A DNA stretch of 64,000 nucleotides, taken from positions 32,001 through 96,000 of IMG/VR virus record IMGVR_UViG_3300026549_000034; one strand, given 5' to 3'. Position 1 is the stretch's first letter; the number at the start of each line of letters is the position of its first letter. The translations under genes were made by a program, and so were the position numbers. This DNA is from a virus. Its lineage: Duplodnaviria; Caudoviricetes. Below are positions 60,267-64,000 of the stretch, piece after piece. Under the pieces are notes generated by a model. It ran no database searches. It was not told where the DNA came from and was given only the letters and a program-made list of their open reading frames with translations.

Positions 60267-60312
60267 AAGAACATATAGTTTTTTCAATATTAAAATATAA
60301 CTATATGTTCTT
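60267..60312 (+). terminator. long hairpin / probable terminator
   Basis: AAGAACATATAGTT...AACTATATGTTCTT 14-bp inverted repeat. Confidence 0.55.
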
Positions 60313-60328
60313 ATTTTTGTATAATTGA

Positions 60329-61414
60329 ATGAATAAAAAGGTAGTTTGTTTTATTTGTAAAGTTGATGCTCCATTTAATGGTAATAGTCTAAATACAGGT
60401 CTAGGTGGATCAGAAACATGGACATTACAAATGGCTAATAAATTTGCTAATAATGGATATCATGTAATTGTCTTTAATGGCATACAACAACATATGATAT
60501 ATGGAGATGTTGAATATGTGCCATATAATATGATGGAACTTAGATTTTCATACCAATATTTTAATTATATATTTATTTTAAGGTGCATTGATCAAAAAAT
60601 GCTACGTATGATAAAAGACAATAATGAAGACAACAACATATATTTAGTTGCACATGATATTCATTTTTGGATTAATGAAGATGATAAAAGAATTATATTG
60701 AATAATCGTGCATTTGATTTTGAAAAGGATCTTAAAGATAATGAATGGGCACAGAAACATATTAAGAAAATATTTTTCATGTCAAAATATCATTATGAAC
60801 AAAACAAATCATATTATCCGGAAAATATATGTAGAATACTTGGTAATGGTATAGATATAGAAAATTCAGAATATCCAGATAGAGATAATTCTATTTTATG
60901 GTCTAGTTGTTATGAAAGAGGATTAGATACATTATGTGAGTATATTGCCCCAGTAATTATACGAAAAATTCCAGATTTTAAAATATATTGTTGTAGTTAT
61001 AATGGGGATGTTCCTGAAGAATATAAAAAATATCCTTTTGTTGTAAATCTTGGAAAGCTTTCAAAATCTGATTTATATAAAGAAATGAGAAAGCATAAAG
61101 TGTGGGTATATCCTAATACTTTCTTTGAAACATTTTGTATTACTGCTATTGAACAAGCAATGTGTGATGTTGAATTAGTAATGCCATTAGGACATGGATT
61201 GAGTACTATATTTGATATTTTCCATTCAAATTTCTTATATGAAGGATATGATTTTTATGCTAATTCAACTAATGTAGCAAATATTGTTATTGAAAGAATA
61301 CAAGATTATTATAATGAAGACAGAAAAATAATTAGAAATTCTATTAGAAACTATATTATAAAAGAATATTCATGGGATAGTATATATAATAAATTTATCA
61401 ATGAATTAAAATAA
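60329..61414 (+). CDS. GT-B (GT4-like) glycosyltransferase
   Basis: GLGGSET, HD, GNGID, SS.YERGL, YP..FETFCITAIE. Confidence 0.85.
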   Translation: MNKKVVCFICKVDAPFNGNSLNTGLGGSETWTLQMANKFANNGYHVIVFNGIQQHMIYGDVEYVPYNMMELRFSYQYFNYIFILRCIDQKMLRMIKDNNEDNNIYLVAHDIHFWINEDDKRIILNNRAFDFEKDLKDNEWAQKHIKKIFFMSKYHYEQNKSYYPENICRILGNGIDIENSEYPDRDNSILWSSCYERGLDTLCEYIAPVIIRKIPDFKIYCCSYNGDVPEEYKKYPFVVNLGKLSKSDLYKEMRKHKVWVYPNTFFETFCITAIEQAMCDVELVMPLGHGLSTIFDIFHSNFLYEGYDFYANSTNVANIVIERIQDYYNEDRKIIRNSIRNYIIKEYSWDSIYNKFINELK

Positions 61415-61418
61415 AGTT

Positions 61419-62516
61419 ATGAAAAAGACTATAGCAATACTTTGTGATTATGAACAGTTATATCCTGAAATGATAAATGTCGGTTGTGGTGGTTCAGAAA
61501 CATGGGCAATTGAAATTTCTAATGAATTTTCAAGACAAGGATATAATGTAATTGTTTTTTCAACATTTGATAAATGGATTTATAATGAATTTGAAGTACA
61601 ATATGTACCAATAACAATGCTTGATGATATTCTTTCATATACAAAGATTGATCAGTTATTAATAACAAGAATAATACATAAACATACTTTAGACATATTG
61701 AATAAATATGACTTTAAGAATAAAATTTATATAATATGTCATGATATCTATCCAAGTTTAATTGATAGTAATAGTACATTTGATAATAAGTTGACATATA
61801 ATAGACTAATAAATGAATATCCTATATTATATAATAGTATAAAGAAATTTATTGTAATGTCTGAATTTGGTAAATTTACTTTACAAAGAGATTGTCAAAT
61901 TCCTAATGAATTGATAGAAATAATAGGAAATGGGATTAATTATAGTTATTTTATAAATAATTCTCCTGAAAGAGATAATGACATATTTTGGAGTTCTAGA
62001 GCCGAAAGAGGATTAGACATATTAGTAAATAAAATATTACCAATATTACATAAAACATATCCTGACATTAAAGTAATATATTCTCAATATGAAAATACAG
62101 ATGTTCCTGAAGATATAAAAAATAATAAATATGTAAATTTTATAGGAAGACTTTCTAAATATGATTTATATAAAGAAATGAGTAAACATAAGATATGGTT
62201 CTATCCTAATACTTATCATGAAACATTTTGCATTACTGCTATTGAAGAAGCTTTATGCAATAATGAATTGATTTTTCCATTTAGACATGGATCAGCAACA
62301 GTATTTGATATATTTGAAAGTAATTTTTTAAAAAATAATGATGATTTTGATAATGAAGAATATCTAAACAGTATTTGTAAAGTAATAATAAATAGAATAC
62401 AAAACTATAATAGTGAAAATAGAAAGATTATACGTAATTCAATAAAAAACTATATTAAAACAACATATTCTTGGGAAAATATAGTAAAACAATATACAAA
62501 ACTATTTAATTTATGA
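61419..62516 (+). CDS. GT-B (GT4-like) glycosyltransferase, paralog of upstream gene
   Basis: GCGGSETW, GNGIN, WSSRAERGL, ETFCITAIE. Confidence 0.85.
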   Translation: MKKTIAILCDYEQLYPEMINVGCGGSETWAIEISNEFSRQGYNVIVFSTFDKWIYNEFEVQYVPITMLDDILSYTKIDQLLITRIIHKHTLDILNKYDFKNKIYIICHDIYPSLIDSNSTFDNKLTYNRLINEYPILYNSIKKFIVMSEFGKFTLQRDCQIPNELIEIIGNGINYSYFINNSPERDNDIFWSSRAERGLDILVNKILPILHKTYPDIKVIYSQYENTDVPEDIKNNKYVNFIGRLSKYDLYKEMSKHKIWFYPNTYHETFCITAIEEALCNNELIFPFRHGSATVFDIFESNFLKNNDDFDNEEYLNSICKVIINRIQNYNSENRKIIRNSIKNYIKTTYSWENIVKQYTKLFNL

Positions 62517-63409
62517 AAGAACAATTAGTAATACTTATACCTACTTTTAGATTTGATAATTTAATATCTATATTAAGAAACATAGATAGATATTATGAAA
62601 AATATTCACAAAAATTTGATATATATATTGTAATATGTAAAGATAAATTAAATAATATTGGATCTTTTGATGCAGCTTATGAATTTCTTAATAATTCTTC
62701 AATGAATTGGCTTGCACTTGAATCCGGTCATATAAAACGTACAGAGTCAACTTCTGGAAATTATGGCGGTGATATAATGAATGAACCATTAAAATTTGCT
62801 GTTGATGAATATTTCAAACTAAATAATCCATGGGTATATATATTGGATGATGACAACATAATTCATCATGACTTTTTTGACATGTTTCTATATGTTTTAG
62901 ATATGATGAAAGTAAACAATTCCAATAAAGATGTATTACTTATGAATATGGCTTTACAAGATGGTTTGATTAAAGAAATATATCCTTATGCATTAGTTGA
63001 TAGGCATGAAAATAGTAAATGGTCTGGCTGGTCAGAAAATGCAGATCCATCACAAGTAATTCTTAAATATGACATAATTAAGAAATATGGATATTATGGT
63101 GGTGGATTTCTTTATGATTTTGAATGGTTGAATAATCAATTATTGTATAATGAAAAACAAAATGACAATATTTTTTATTATAGTAATTTATCTAATCATA
63201 TTGTTTCTTGTTATCATAATGGTTTACATGATACTAAAGAACTAGAACAATATGTAAATTCAAATATTGAAGACATTAATATAGATTTACATATTCAAAA
63301 TATAAAATTAGGTACTGATAGACATTTATTCTCTGTTTTATCTGATGTTTCAAAAAAGAAAATATTAGATATTATAAAAAATGAAGTAAATGAAATTAAT
63401 TATAAATAA
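62513..63409 (+). CDS. GT-A (GT2-like) glycosyltransferase
   Basis: ILIPTFR, WVYILDDDN. Confidence 0.7.
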   Translation: MKEQLVILIPTFRFDNLISILRNIDRYYEKYSQKFDIYIVICKDKLNNIGSFDAAYEFLNNSSMNWLALESGHIKRTESTSGNYGGDIMNEPLKFAVDEYFKLNNPWVYILDDDNIIHHDFFDMFLYVLDMMKVNNSNKDVLLMNMALQDGLIKEIYPYALVDRHENSKWSGWSENADPSQVILKYDIIKKYGYYGGGFLYDFEWLNNQLLYNEKQNDNIFYYSNLSNHIVSCYHNGLHDTKELEQYVNSNIEDINIDLHIQNIKLGTDRHLFSVLSDVSKKKILDIIKNEVNEINYK

Positions 63410-63414
63410 CAGTT

Positions 63415-64000
63415 ATGAATCATATAGAAACTATAAATTATTTAATTGAAAAATATAACTATAAATCATATCTTGAAATAGGATATGATCGAGGAGATTG
63501 TTATAATAAAATAAATATTGAACATAAAGAATGTTGTGATATAAGTAATATAAATAATGCATATCCTGAAACTGAAATTACATATTTAATGACATCTGAT
63601 GAGTTATTTGAAAGAATGCCAATTGATAAGAAATATGACATTGTCTTTATTGATGGTATGCATAATCAATATTATTTAGATCGTGACATAATAAATTCAT
63701 TAAAGCACTTAAATCCTGGTGGTATTATATTATGTCATGATGTATTACCTGTCAATTATATGTATACTGCAGAATATCAGATTGGTGGAATGTGGCATGG
63801 TGACTGTTGGAAATCGGTTCCAAAGCTTCAAGATCTTAATGTAGAATATTATACATATGACAATAATGATTATGGATTATTGATGATTAAATATAAAGAT
63901 AATCCATATCAATTACAAAATATACGACGTGAGACATCTGTACAGTTTGATACAGTATTTACATGTTTAGATACAACTTGTGACGAGTATTTACGTCCTG
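63415..64000 (+). CDS. class I SAM methyltransferase (Methyltransf_24-like), truncated by window end
   Basis: KSYLEIG, TSDELF, YDIVFIDGMH, LNPGGIILCHD, W.GDCWK. Confidence 0.85.
   Translation, partial: MNHIETINYLIEKYNYKSYLEIGYDRGDCYNKINIEHKECCDISNINNAYPETEITYLMTSDELFERMPIDKKYDIVFIDGMHNQYYLDRDIINSLKHLNPGGIILCHDVLPVNYMYTAEYQIGGMWHGDCWKSVPKLQDLNVEYYTYDNNDYGLLMIKYKDNPYQLQNIRRETSVQFDTVFTCLDTTCDEYLRP

Noticed and set aside
1-64000. TAG-to-Gln recoding (as in Lak megaphages)
   Set aside because: ORFs up to 1384 aa are intact in code 11 and coding density is high. TAG was seen as a stop in only four of the genes checked (6520, 7657, 11124, 12147). The in-frame TAG-TAT-ATG junction at 6518-6526 is compatible with chance.

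Overview
Very AT-rich (roughly 25% GC by eye), gene-dense segment of a large T4-like or jumbo tailed phage, read in the standard genetic code. The host is probably a Bacteroidetes (Prevotella/Bacteroides-like), inferred from VDLGL-family genes and A-rich leaders without Shine-Dalgarno sequences. Core-type genes include a gp32-like SSB, an NAD-dependent DNA ligase, an AEP primase/SF2 helicase fusion, a dNMP kinase, gp13/gp14-like neck proteins, probable baseplate proteins, three peptidoglycan hydrolases and a glycosyltransferase/methyltransferase cluster. The + strand from 1-27.7 kb is an accessory tract with phosphoesterases, a PTP, an exonuclease, an FNT channel, PspC, an ADP-ribosylglycohydrolase and Ro60/TROVE. 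The main observation is that about 27 otherwise unrelated ORFs begin with a shared ~10-aa leader, M-K-x-[LI]-x-x-[YF]-I-x-E. Most lie in a 13-kb block at 27.8-40.8 kb, almost all on the minus strand, and one further copy sits inside a gene. The leader closely matches the T4 internal-protein capsid-targeting sequence (MKTYQEFIAE, cut by the prohead protease after [LI]-x-E). This suggests a large modular set of head-packaged, co-injected proteins: four PD-(D/E)xK nucleases, a ligase-like protein, a cytidylyltransferase, a HAD phosphatase, an NDP kinase, a ferritin and DUF285 repeat proteins. All functional calls come from motif recognition by eye; no database search was run.
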